Below are positions 22,157-35,265 of a DNA stretch of 64,000 nt, piece after piece. This DNA is from Trypethelium eluteriae (lineage: Eukaryota). The position numbers and the translations under genes were made by a program. The stretch spans positions 1 through 64,000 of the forward strand of contig JAVECL010000057.1 in assembly GCA_051942245.1 (NCBI GenBank), in the 5' to 3' direction. Every line of letters begins with the position of its first letter. Position 1 is the stretch's first letter. The notes below the pieces were generated by a model that did no database searches, had not been told where the DNA came from, and saw only the letters and a program-made list of their open reading frames with translations.

Positions 22157-22913
22157 TGCGGCTTGACAAGATTAGAGCGTGGTTGAGAAGTGAAGCCCGA
22201 AGTTACGTACCAGTAGCTCCTTCACTTATCCTCACTATCAGAGGTAAGCACGGAAACGCGGAGGCGTGAGAGGTGGTGCCCGCAGGTACGGATGGTCCGA
22301 GCTCCACGGGCAGGGATGTAGATGTCCACGCCGCTGACTAAAGAGGACACACTAAGCAAGCGCGGAACGTTGGGCTGCAGCTGCACTTGTTCCGCCTGCA
22401 ACTCCACACCTTCACGGCCAGCATCTTCGCGAGCTGTGCCTCCGCGTTCTCTACAATTTTCATCGTGAGTGCACATTGTCGACTGCTTGATAAGACCCTT
22501 TCTCGTTTCCGCACATTTGTGCCATCTGCTTGTTACTCTCTACTTCTTCCGCGCTCCTCGCGCCCTTGCGCCTTTCACTCCAGCAGCCGTTCTTTGCCAG
22601 GTGCCCTAAGCAATGGCTGATCCCTATCTTCTCTTTTTATCATTTATACCCTGATAGCACTCATTTTACGTCTACCTACTTCTCATTGACTTTTTCAAAC
22701 CTTGAAGACCTTCTCTAACGTATAGCCATGCTGGCAAACAGCCCATTCAGTACGGCTGTCGTCCTCTACTATTCCCCTCCGATTACTTGAGCCTATCGAG
22801 GCGTTCGGCTTGCGTGTCCCTATATACCTAGTCCGACCCCTCCGCTCGTTGAAGAAGTCTTCTCCTTCATCTGACCCAGTTTGCGAGCTTGCTTCACAAT
22901 CTCCATCCTCGAA

Positions 22914-25687
22914 ATGGAAACTTACCCGTACAGTAATTCGCCTCCGGCATTGGGCAGAGAGCCGAGCTACAGTGGCCGAGAAGAGGTTACTAGGACTGCA
23001 AACGAAGGTTATAGGCGTCGGTCGCCTGGTAGGTTCATTCACTGCATGTGTCATCAATTCATAGCCCTCTCTAAACCATTGGACAGATCGCCGAGGTGGT
23101 GGAGGTCGTCGACGGTCACGCTCTCCCCAGATTGATCGCTATCAGCCAGACAGATCCGGTCGAGATGACTACTATCGTGATCGGGACAACCAACATCGCC
23201 GTCGCTCTTCACCTCAAGGAACCATTGACCGATATGTTCCAGGTCAGGAGCCACCTCCGCCTGCCGTCCTGACTAATCCTCTCCCGAATCCCATGACACT
23301 CGACTTCCAAGTTGGCTTTACGTGGTACTCTGAATGGTGGCGCAAGGATCAAGCTATTAAAGAAGAAAAGGAGCGACAAAAGAATGGTGGTCGCCGGCCA
23401 GCTCCGATACGAGGCGAGCGGGAAATGAAGGAGGAACAGCAAAAGGAGCGCGAAAAGATACAAGCATCTTATGATGCATACAAGGAGAAGCTTCAAGTCA
23501 AGATGGCGCAGTCGTTTGTTCAACTGCACAAGAACGAAGACTGGTTCCGAGAGCGATACGTCCCGGAGAATCGGGTTGCCTTGCGTCAAAAGCTAGCGGA
23601 GTTTAGGCGAAGCTTGTATTCCATCTGGGAGCGCGACCTGGAAGCAGGTACATTTGACGAATTCACTCTTGAAGGTATCTACAAGAGTGACAGTAACGGT
23701 GCTGGTGGCATTGTCGAGAAGGAAGAGGGTGAGACTGTGGCAGCTGCTGAAGTGCTTGGTGTGGGTGACCTTCTACCTCTTAGAGGAGGTGATATTCGGG
23801 ACGAGGTTGCGCTTCAGCCTACGCTGCTTGTCAAAACTATTGCCCCAACGGTTAGCCGAGAGAAGATGGAGGCTTGGTGTAAAGAACATCTCGGAGAAGA
23901 GGATGGTGGATTTAGATGGCTGAGCCTCAGCGACCCGAATCCACAGAAGCGATGTCATCGAATGGGTTGGATCATCCTCAAGCCAGCGTCCGAACCAGAA
24001 CTCAAGGATGGACGAAGCGATGGACGAGATGAAGATGAAGACATGATTGAGGATGGCGCTGTGGCCGAAGGTACAGAGAACGGAGCAAAAAGTACATCCG
24101 AGCAAGCTTTGGCCGAGATCAATGGGAAGACCATCCATGACGAGGAACACGGGGATTTCACATGTCACGTAGGCGTCCATAAGCCTCCTGAGGCGCCTAG
24201 GAAAAAAGCTTTATGGGACCTCTTCTCCGCACCAGAACGGATTGACCGTGACCTACAGCTCGCTGTACGGTTGGTTCACAAACTGGACGCAGAATTGGGG
24301 TCAGAGTATAATGGGGTCGACAAAGTTGAACAACGGGTCGAGGATGTCAGGAGCAAGGGATGGTTACAGCCACCAATCACTGCGTCGAGCGGTGCTAAGA
24401 AGGCCAAGAAAGATCCCTCTGACATGGAAGAGGGCGAAGATGACGGTATGGAGGAGGGTGAAGAGGGAGAGGAAGGCGAGTATGATGACGAAACAGACGA
24501 TGAAGATCTCCTAGCTAAGAAGAAGACTCTGGACTTGCTGGTGGAATATCTCCGACGTGTCTTCAACTTTTGTTTCTTCTGCGTCTTTGAGAGCGACTCG
24601 GTACACGAAATGATACGCAAATGCCCGGGAGGACACCTGCGTCGTCCACGAGCGAGCTTGACGAGTTCCGCGAAAGCTGCTGCTCACGCTAGTGCGACCG
24701 GCGAGCCGTTCCCTCTCAAAAAACATGAAAACAGTGCGTCGAACGTTGACGCTGAAGTTGGTTCTCCCGTGGAAGAGAAGAGGTTTGGGAAGACTGCAGG
24801 CAAGAATGCCCAGCAGCTTCTTCGAGCGTTCAACTGGGTCAAAACTTACGAGGACAAGCTTCTCCAGATTCTGGATCCGGAGAGCGTGGACCTCAAAAAG
24901 CTTGGCGGGAAGCCTCCAGACGAAGGGCTTGAAGAGGAGTTGAGCAAGTTTGTCAAGCAGGAGGACGAATCGAAGTTCAGATGCAAAGTACCAGACTGTA
25001 CTAAACTCTTCAAGGGAGAGAATTTCTGGAGAAAGCACGTTGAAAAGAGGCATGATGAATGGTTCCGCAACTTGAAGCAAGAGGTAAATACTTGTGCAAC
25101 CCCCCCTCGATTTTTTGCAGATCCTAACTTAGTCTACTTTACAGATTGATCTAGTGAATTCCTACGTCTTGGATCCTGCTCACATTGCACCATCAAAGAG
25201 CGATGCCACTAGTAATGGCCATTTCGCCGTGAACAGCAATACGCAGACGGGGACTCCTCGCGGGTTCCAGCTTACCAACATGCCATTTGGATTGCCAGGC
25301 GGACTCCCAGGCCTGCCAAATGCAGCGGCAATCCAAAACATGTTTGGTCATCAGGCCTCGATGCCAGCGAATTGGGCTGGACCGGGAACAGATTTCACCG
25401 ATGAGCGCTCAGGCGGACCTATGCGACGACAAAATCGTTACAACAACAACCGCTCAGGTGGACCGTACGATCGACAGCCTCGAGACTCGCGTAACCAGCG
25501 GTGGAACAATAATGGTCGGTTGACTCCACCTCGAGGCGCTGGTGGACGAGGCGGTGGCGCCGCTCGCTTTGGGGAAGGCGGGGCCGCGAGTGTAGGACCA
25601 CGAGAGGCGGTGCAAGGACGGAGTCTCAAGAGCTACGAGGACTTGGATGCAGCGGATGGAAACGCGAATGGCGAGCTCGACTACTGA
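22914..25687 (+). CDS. ARS2: Ars2/SERRATE RNA-processing factor (Pir2-like) with a C2H2 finger
   Basis: RS-rich N-terminus, YDAYKEKLQVKMAQSFVQLHKNEDWFRERY, LDLLVEYLRRVFNFCFFC, finger CKVPDCTKLFKGENFWRKHVEKRH, NSYVLDP and RSLKSYEDLDA. Introns at about 23029-23086 and 25084-25144. Confidence 0.9.
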
Positions 25688-26389
25688 ACGATATGCATAT
25701 CGTGGGAATTGGGCATGAAATTATGTGTGGCAGATTTGTGATAAAAAGAGGTTGGCATTTGAGGCTGCCACAGCAGGATCCCATCTTGATAAGGTCGTAC
25801 GATAGGATGCTAGCATAACTTAGTTAATTCAATGCCAAGACTTGATCAGCAACCCGTTTCCCTGCATCTGGCTTGAGTGCCCGAGCTCTGATGCTCTGAT
25901 GCTATGTTTTCTAGCATCTCCGCAAGAAAAGTTTATAATCCTCTTTACGAATTTCCCCTACCAGCCCAGATCATAACGTTTCCCCCCATTCTGCGTTCAT
26001 GCGGTTGAAACTTGTCGGGTTGGGAGTCTTGGCTTAGTGCAGGTGGTCATCCACCGCGCATCAACGTCATTCCGCATTGTCCTCAGTCCTCACCATGCTA
26101 TGGTTGTGATCGAAATCCATTCCGCCCTCAGATCCATTCTTGCCCCTCCTTTCTACGGCCCTACCATTCATATATGACCGTTCCACTATGTCTGAGCGAG
26201 TTACTCAACCCTGGCTTCGATAGGGAAGCTCGTCTCGTGCATCTCACCACCACTATTCCCGAGTCACATTCAAGAAGATACCCGTTAATCCTTTCGTTAC
26301 TACCTTCGAGTTAGTTTCTTACTGCATAGACCTAGACTTCGTAATTCGACGCGTCAGAGCAGCTGTCATCGTTGCGGCAGTTTCCAGAC

Positions 26390-29300
26390 ATGACTGAAGG
26401 AGCCGCTTCCTATCATTTAGCCCCAGAGGTTAGCACTTCAGCTGCGCATTCAATAGCAAATGGAACCCCAGGCGCAAAGCCGGATACCTTCACTACAACC
26501 GCGCCAATAAGAGATGACGGAGGTAATCCAAAGGACTCGATGAATGCCCGCCAACAACTACAGAGATCCGAGCAATCAAAAATGTCCATCCTCTCAAAAG
26601 CGTCAATCCCTCCTCCGGGCTCCATCCTCACTGGAAAACAAGAACATTGTGGGTATTCAGGAACAAGCATGCAATGGCAACACTAAATATGAACAGACTT
26701 AAAGCGTGAGCTCATGTCTCAACAGGTCAAATATGAAGTGAGCGAACTGGCCTCTCCCACTGCTCTACAAAGATTCGGCGCGCCCTTCAGATCGGATGCA
26801 GGGGAAGTTCCTCCGGAGGACTCCGAGCTTCCCATCCTTCGCTACATATTCGTCCATCACATTCGGAATTTTCCTTTCCTAGATCGAGCGCGGGAAAAGG
26901 AATTCTGGCAGGACAAACTACAAGTTGTAAGTCCTGGCATTTTGTATGAGCTAGACCGATAGACTCATATTTTTGGGTGCAATCCAGTTCCTCGAGTCAT
27001 TCGCGGGCAAACACATATCCTCATCGGAAGATCGATTGGAAGAGACAAAACGAAGGAAGTTGGCAATGAAGGCAGAAAAGCTAGTAGAGCTCATGATGGT
27101 CTCCGGCATACCAACAGCATCTGGCTATGAAGAACGGATAAGATTCGCTGAAATGGAAGTGGTTGACCGTGGTGCAAATGAGCAGGGACTGGTGGTCAAT
27201 GTTCCCCAAGGCCACGAAATTAATGGATGGGACGTCAATGTTGCAGGAGTGAGGACAATGTCCGTAAAGAGGCACATGAGATATCATCAGCATGCGGTAA
27301 GTATCACGCTTCCCCAGATCCTTCACGTGAAGCATATTAATGTACCTGGATCACAGGAATTCATCCTTCGAGTAAAGCGTGGAGAAAGACGCGAGACATA
27401 CGTTGGCCGACGGTACGGCGATTTTGTAAGATTGCATAAACGGTTACGGCTCGAATTACCCGGCAAAGTCTTACCTCCGTTACCGCGGAAAAACAAGTCA
27501 CACTCCTTCTGGACAACGGCGGGTGACGATGCAGAGTCCGTCTCCTCGGTAGATACACAGGATACCAGGAGCTTGGCAACAGACGAAGGCTCTACTCCAA
27601 GTACTTTTCGGAGCTACCTGCCATTTGCAAGTAGTCACCGACGAACCGCCTCCGTTAATTCACCAAGGGCATCCCCTAGACCTTCGTTAGATGAACGACA
27701 ACATGATTCTGTAATTCTTCACCGCGAGGAGCAGCGAGTTTCTCTTCGAGCTTTCTTGAGGACGTTCTTACAAAACGAACAAATCGCACAGTCCAATGCA
27801 ATGGCCGAATTTTTGACAGGTAATCCGATTCTGCCAAATGAAGAGGAAAGACAAGACATTCGGCGACGAATGGAAATGGATGAGAAGCGCATCGAAGAGC
27901 AAAGGCAGTTTTACGAAATTGCCAGAGAACGAGCCAAAGAATTGGATGTTCATATGGAAAAATTTCGAAGGGATGTTGTTGAGAACAGTAAGTTCTGACA
28001 ACAATCAAAGAAACTTTGAGCTAAGACTGGACAATAGACGGACTGTCTAAACTTTTCGGGGAAATTCGTGCGAAGAACAAGATAGAGGATCTTTCACCAG
28101 AGTACAAGAAGTTTGCAGAATGGCTGCGAATAGAGTAAGTTGGGGATTCTTTGTCAAATCTGCATCATTCTGACTGTCGACAGGGTCGCTGCCACTCTAT
28201 ATCACCTCTTCTTGGCTGAGGACAATTCTCCAGAACTGTTTGCCCAGGCAAAGCGGATACACACAAATATACCATATAGTGTCCTCAAAAATGTCATCCG
28301 ACTGGCCAATCCCGCAGCAGTAATGAGTGGTGTCCTCGATATCTTCCTTGCTCAGCCATTCGGCGCTCGCTCTCTGATGCAGCGTGTACTGGGAATGGTT
28401 CTCGGAGACGGGATCAGGTCGTTGCAGAAATCAATAGATAGCCTGCATGCTAATATCGATGACCCGACATTTAGCGAGAAGATTCAGGCTTATACTAATG
28501 CGGAAGAAAATGTGAAGATTGCAATACGCAATGAAGCAATTTCCGACGGTGTAGATCTTGTCGTTGCCATCATGCGATCAGATGAACTCGAGCCAGAGCT
28601 TGAGTCAAAACAGACGGAGACCATCTTCAATGCATTTGTTGCGTGGAACAATGCCGTTGAAAATGTAGGTGGTATTTGCTGCTCTAGAGTTTGGTATTCG
28701 ATTCTAACCTTGTATCACCCAGGTGGACGATCAGATGAGACAAGGCGCCGAACTATACGCTCACCTCAAGCAACTCCTGAAGCTACACACCCGACAACGC
28801 GACAAGATCATGATGCAAAAAATGATAGAAGAGGTATGGCGACCCGAGCTCCGTATCTTACCCATCAGCTGACCCAATGTGCGCCCTATAGCCCACAACC
28901 CTCCATCTTTTCCGCGACCTCTTTACCATCTTCTACGAGCCACTCGTGCGCGTCTACAAATCCGCCAACGTCTACAGCTCCGTCACAGACTTCGCCCTCT
29001 TCGCCGACGACGCTATCCGCGTCATCGAAGCCGCCCAGCGGCAGGACGTCTCCGCCGACCCCAACCAAACCGTCCAGTCCTTCATCGACCTCTGCGCCCG
29101 CCACGAGCACAACTTCTACAAGTTCGTGCACGAGGTCCACATCCACGACAACGGCCTGTTCGACCAGCTCATGGGCTGGGTCGAGGGCATCCTCGAGTTC
29201 TTGAGGAAGGGGCCCAAGGGCGGGAAGCTGGATATGAATGCCCTGGTGCAGGGCGCCATCGATCAGGGCGTCATTGAGAAGGAAGCTGTCGTCAGAGATA

Positions 29301-29692
29301 CGAATGCCTTGATCAAGTGGCAGACGGCGAGGAAGAAGTGGCATCAGGATAAAACGCGTCAGAAGATGGCGGCCGAGGGGGCGCCGGGCGCGGCGGGGAA
29401 TGGTGGGTTGGATCTCCCCGCGGGGATGAAATCGTTTAAGGCGGGGGATTTTGGACTTAATGAGACGGATCTGCAGGAGTTGGAGCTTGATGGGAGTGCC
29501 GAGGACGATAGTGATAGTGAGGAGGAGGAAGACGGCTTGGATCCCATTGCGGCGGAGCGGAGGCGAAGAGCTAAGAAACAGGACCTGTTGAAGCGGACTG
29601 CGGGCGAGCCAGTGAAGCCAGATGTGGAAGAAGAGCTGCATCGATTGCATCCCGGGTTTTTGCATATGCTGAGGGCGGTGCTGGCAGAATAG
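26390..29692 (+). CDS. PX-domain protein of the yeast YPR097W (Lec1)-like family
   Basis: LTGKQEH.LKRELMSQQV..ALQRFGAPF, PX motif VGRRYGDFVRLHKRLRLELPGKVLPPLPRKNK, REEQRVSLRAFLR, and IFYEPLVRVYKSANVYSSVTDFA. About 7 introns. Confidence 0.85.
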
Positions 29693-30553
29693 AAATTTAC
29701 CTGATGTGGCTTCGTGTTGTGATGGGTGTCATTCACAAATCCTCGCGTCCTCTGTTTTATCGAACTGCGCTTTTTGGCATCTCGGTCACTGACCTAGCTC
29801 AGTGACGTTCGAGTTGATATTCTCACGAATCGGTCCCAGCTGCGTAGTGCTACATGGTGGTGTGTGCCTCGGAGCATTTGACTTGCTTCTACTTGAAAGA
29901 TAGAGCCACAGTCATAACGGAAAACAAGCCCATGACATTTGCTATGGAACGCGCGAGCTCCAATGACTGTCGCGCACCAAAATTCGCCGAGCACCGATTT
30001 TGCACGATTTTTCAATTCTACCAGTTCAGAGGGCTCACAGTGTATTCTCCAGAAAGATTGGCCTTTAACCGGGGATCAAATCAATCACAAAAGGGAAAGG
30101 TGATAGAAGCAAAAGTCAAAGAAGAGCTACAGTAACTTTTGATATGCTGACTATTTCCCGGTACACAAGTCAGAAGTCCTAGCAAAGATCTTAGCAACCT
30201 CCGATCAAGGCCAGTTAGACTGCGAATCGAAACTTCAGTGACTCTCTCTTTCCAAGCTCGTCCTTGCCGTCTCTCTATCGGAAGGCTTGCCATACGAGCA
30301 CAATGGCACAACGGGATTTGTTGATATTATGGGTGGAGGATCTTGGATTCAGATCGCAAGATGATCCACTACATCTGGTAACTATCGAGTCCTCTATATA
30401 TGCCCTGATTCTGGCCCCAATCTCTGATATTATCATTGAACCAGTTCGGTACGTACTCCGGTACGTACAAATCTAGAAATCTACTCACTCGATGATCCGG
30501 CATTCAAACAAGATGACCATACCCGCTTCTTCTCGCAGATCGAAGGTCATGCC

Positions 30554-32361
30554 CTAGAACTTCCTTGTAATCTTGACCCGGAAGTCGTCTCCCTCCATCG
30601 GTGACATCATGCCAAATGTCGGCTTCTTGCTATCTACTCTCGGAAACCTTTGCGCCTTGTCCATCCCTTGGTTCACCACCTCAAGTTCGTATCTATACAT
30701 CGCCAAACCAATAAAGCTCATAACCTCCTGCATCGCTACAAACCGACCTGCACATAGCGTCTTGCCGCCCCCAAATGGCCGATAACAACTCGACTTCTTT
30801 AGCGACTTCTTCGTCAAGAACCGCTCCGGTTTGAACACCATACTATCCGCCCCAAATACTTCCGTTCTCTCATGCAGCTGACGGTACGGAATCATGATAC
30901 GCCGACCTTTCCGCAATATTTTATTGCCGATTGGCGTGTCGGCGTCGATATAGCGCATGCTAGCGGAGCTAGTATAGAGACGCAGAACTTCACTGAGCAC
31001 GGAGTCGAGACGTGGACAATTGTTGGCAAGATGCTTCATGGTGGGCTCGGAACTGTCGTTATGGTCCGGGAAGATCTCAGTGCGGACGGCTGCGTAGAGG
31101 TCGCCGTCGGCGAGGATGTGGCAGAGGGACCAGAAACAGAACTTGTAGGTGTTTCCGTTGATGCTGTTCACTTAGTAGCTGCCTCTCTTCCGCAAGTGTG
31201 GTAATGGCGAGTATGTTGGGACTTGCACTTACACGAAGAAAAGGATCATAATTGCGGCAGCCATTTCTTCCTCGCTCAAACCTGCCGCTCGTGACTCAGT
31301 CTCGAGCGACTTTGTGAACCAAGCAGCATCCGATCGCTGTTCGAACGGCAGCTTGTAATAGTCTGTCAGCATACCCGTGATCGAGTTCCGAGCTGCAATG
31401 ACTTCTTTCGAGAATGCTTGGGGATACTGGAACAGGATCTTCCACATCCCACGGTCGAGAGAATAGAATGTGTCTAGCATGTCAGGGGACATTTGCCACA
31501 ACGCTCTTCCCCAGTACGTCTTCGTGCCAGCCTCAATCAATAATTTACCGCACCAATCAAGCAGTGATAACTCCATAGTGTCAGCAGATTTATAGACGGG
31601 GAGCTCTGGGTCCCTGTCCATGTGGCCCCATGTCAAGAAATCATTGATGTACCCCAGAAATACGTCTGTCAGCTCCTCAAAATGAGTATTGGGACCGATC
31701 AAGAGCTGTTCATGATGAAAATCGATAGCAAGGTGAAGGAGCGACTTGTTCGCTGGATTCAGACCCGATATACTATAACCTTCAAGATATGGAGGTGGCG
31801 ATGAGCTCATCTTCTTCACTGTGTCCGGCGAAGTGCCACACGATAGCATCAGATCGTGGACGACCACATCAAATGACAGCGAAGTGTTGTTCTTGTAAAC
31901 TTCGATAATATCTTTCTGGTTCGTCACGATGTAAAATTCTTCGCCAGCCAAAGTGAGCTTGTAAGGATCGCGATTCTCGTTGCTGCATGGTATTGTATCG
32001 TAAGCGAGATGTGACTTCTAAATACTATCTCTGCAAGGACATACAGGCCAGAGTTGACGACTGCATACGAGTCCCTGAAGAATGCAATAGCAGACCCTAC
32101 AAACAATTCGATGTCAGAGATACTTCGCAATTCCGAAACTGTTGCTTTAACGCACCAAACCCTGGAATGCGACTATCAGCTCGTTAGAAAAAGGATGGAG
32201 ACTAGGTTATCCTTACATGGTATTCCGTATGGCAATGGCTTCGGTTCCGATGGACTTAAGTGAGGATTGAGAATGAACTTCCATGTCCACCACATTGACC
32301 ATATTAGCAAAGGAAGGAGCGCGTAGATGTAGTCCAAATTTGGGCTGTACCGTATATCCAT
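30554..32361 (-). CDS. Cytochrome P450 (P450-1), CYP7/CYP8-like fungal type
   Basis: N-terminal membrane anchor, PKPLPYGIPWFG, I-helix FFVINGNT, EVLR, PERF and heme motif PFGGGKTLCAG. Includes a predicted 6-nt microexon at 32156-32161. Confidence 0.92.
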
Positions 32362-33083
32362 GGTGTTCTGCGTACTAGACTACGGACGAAGCGCGAACTC
32401 ATGCAAATCGACCTCGTTTTCAGTTCGGATAGATTTCCATAAATCCACGAGCTTTTTAAGCTTAGTCAGATTGAGGCACAGTCGAGATCTTCACCTCAAT
32501 CCGCAAGCAACCAGGCACATACTCGCAGGGCTGTCACGTTGGTCTTTCTACCAGATTGGGCCTTTGATGGAGACTCCGGCCTTTAAGGCTTAATTTGGTA
32601 AGATTTGTGCTGTTGGCTCGGATGTGAGGCTTCTATCGATTTGCTTCCATGCCACAGCTGCAGGCATGCAAAATACGAATCAATTGTCAAAACAAGATGG
32701 AGTTACATGCCGTGTAACCGCCAAGCTGTTGGCCACGTAATGACATGTGAATTCTAGCCAACAAGCGCGAAGGGATAGCCAGGCCGCATTTGGCAAATAA
32801 TGGTTGCCTCGTCTAATGCAAGGTTGGGATGGGGGTGCTTCTATCCGTACCCTTGACTATTTCCCCACGCCTCATCTGCAGTGTCAGGTAGGTGCTGCTG
32901 CAGGCCAGCTGATCGTTTCAGCTAGAAGTCGAGGAGAAGACGGTAGAAAGCTTCCGCTTGTGCGCAAGCCTAGCACCGATTGTTTTCATCTACTCTGCGC
33001 GAACCTTTGCTTACATTATTGTTTTCAACCTTGAAACTTACCTTGCGTTTTCATAATTAATTTGATTTTTGTTGAGTGTTCAA

Positions 33084-34528
33084 ATGGCCTCTCCGATCAC
33101 GCCTACGTCTACGGACCTAAATTCAATTCCAGCGGGTTCACCGCCACCTGGAGTCAATCCGTATCCGCTATTTAAGGGTGAATCGCTGGCGTCAACGACC
33201 TTAGTCCTGTTCTGCATTCTAGTGCCCACTGCAACTGCAACGGTAGGGATTCGCTTACTCGCAAGCTACAAGGCTCGTGGAAATGCTTCTGGAGGTATCG
33301 GTAGTGCCGATAGTAGGTCTTAGATGCCGCTATAGTAAGGTAACATAACATTGCTAATAGAGACTTCACAGTTTGTTCAGCCGCTGCCCTTATATTCTCG
33401 ATTGGACAAGAATCTATAGTCCTCTCCCGTATGTCACATGTATTTGTGTTCTTGTTTGTCCGAGTTCTGACTTCGTTCAGTTCATAAAACTCAGAGACAC
33501 GGCTGGGATGTATCCGTAGCCGAATTGACACCGAGCTATTTCAAAGTGCGTGAGTCTTAATCTATATCAAAATAAAACCTAGACTCATGCAATGCTACTC
33601 AGCGGGTGTTTGCCCAGAATGTCCTCGCCTGGCCGGCTATTCTCTTGTCCAAACTCGCCATTCTTCTGCTATACCTCCGTATTTTCAAGATTCGGCCCTC
33701 AATGCGGTATGCTATCTATGTGGGGATAGTCTGGATCTTTATGACCTATCTTCCGAACCTGGTAATCGCAATTTACTTCTGCGGCGCTCATCCTGGCGAG
33801 GCGTGGAGCTTCCCTGTTGGTGAACGCTGCTCGGAACATAGACCCACGAAATGGCTCGTCACATCTGCTGCTATGTCTGTGATACTTGATCTTTATATTC
33901 TGGCTCTACCAATACCTGTGGTGCGACAGTTGAACATGAGTGTCAAAAGGCGTGTTGGTGTACTACTCATCTTCTTTACTGCATTTTTGTAAGTTTCCTT
34001 GTCCCCTCATGATGACTGGTATCAAAGAATTTGTACGACTGACTTTTTGTATTATAGTGCTTGCGTATGCGCAATTCTTACGCTAGTGTATCGCATCAAG
34101 CTGCTTTCTACTAACGACGATCTATGGCGAAGTGCTGAACTCTTCATCTGCAAGTAAGGCCGACTTAGGAAGCGTACAACTTGAAAGAGACACGCTAATG
34201 GCAAACTCACTCTAGTCTAGTTGAGAATTTTGTTGCGATTATTGTCGGTGCTCTACCCGGCTGCAGCTCCTATCTGAAGTCATATTTTGCCGGCTCCTTG
34301 GTCTTCTCCCGCCTGTTATCTAAGGTATCGTCTTCATTCTCGATATCGAGTCGCACGGGAGGTTTGTCCAAAGGTACGTATAGATTACGCAGGACCAGTC
34401 GCGAAGACACTGAGTCCCAGCGATCACTCCACAATGCTGTTGGCCTCAAGGACATTAGTCAGCAGGATCAACCGCCCTACAGGCTTGAAATTTACCCAAA
34501 CACGTCGAATGTACAGTCAAGCCTGTAA
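33084..34528 (+). CDS. PTH11-like integral membrane protein without CFEM (fungal rhodopsin-like 7TM family)
   Basis: PAGSPPPGVNP, RHGWDV, KLAILLLYLRIF, MSVILDLYILALPIPVVRQLNMSVKRRVGVLLIF and VENFVAIIVGALP. Several introns. Confidence 0.88.
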
Positions 34529-35265
34529 TCTGTTGGAAAGTGAGTGTCAAAATTCGGGTTTAACATTGCTAGAACTGCATGAGTAAAAGTTTCGGAACGA
34601 CTTCAGAGTCCTACTCTAAAATAAGAGTTTCTAAATCTCGTAGATATATCGATCCAGCAATATGAAAAATTTAGCGATTTTCTGTAAGCGATTCAAACAT
34701 CTTTTGTTACGCAGTACTTTGTGTAGAGTGGAGACGAGTTGGAAGGCTGAGTGGTCGCGCAGTGAGCATTTGCTGTCATCTGCAACGCTGGCAGGTACGA
34801 TATCTTCGTGCATCCCGGCAGCCCGAGCTCCTTGGCTGGCCAAGGAGCTCGGACGATTCGAGATTTTGCCTTTTGTTGGATCAGACCTAAAACGGCGGAT
34901 CCTTTCCGTCGGGTACCAGACCCTGGCTGCTACTTAGGCCGCGCATGCACGGAGCATTATCCTCAATTGCGTTAGTCTCGACCTGGACCAGGAGGGAACA
35001 TTGGATGATTGATTATGTGCCTTGCTCTCTTTCGGCCTGTTATTAGGCTTCGAACTCTGCCGCTCTGCGCATGCTTTCATAGTCTCGGCTGATAGTATCC
35101 TACCTTTTCCTGTTACTGTTCACTGCTGTCGTAAGAAGCACCTAGCCTCGCTGGCCTCGGCGTCCCTAATTATTGTTACTTTTGCGTTTGGGTACTTGGT
35201 GGGATCTTCTTTATCACAGTTTTAGTTGTCAACGCATTAAGGCTTCCTCACGAACATACCCGCCC

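Noticed and set aside
21379..29692. TspO and the PX/Lec1-like gene as members of the sterol cluster
   Set aside because: Both look like broadly conserved housekeeping genes flanking Ars2; the lipid connection is probably coincidental.
28879..29736. Several long overlapping ORFs and a local GC rise (similar at 56012-56773)
   Set aside because: Explained by strong third-position GC bias in the terminal exons of the PX and C2H2 genes.
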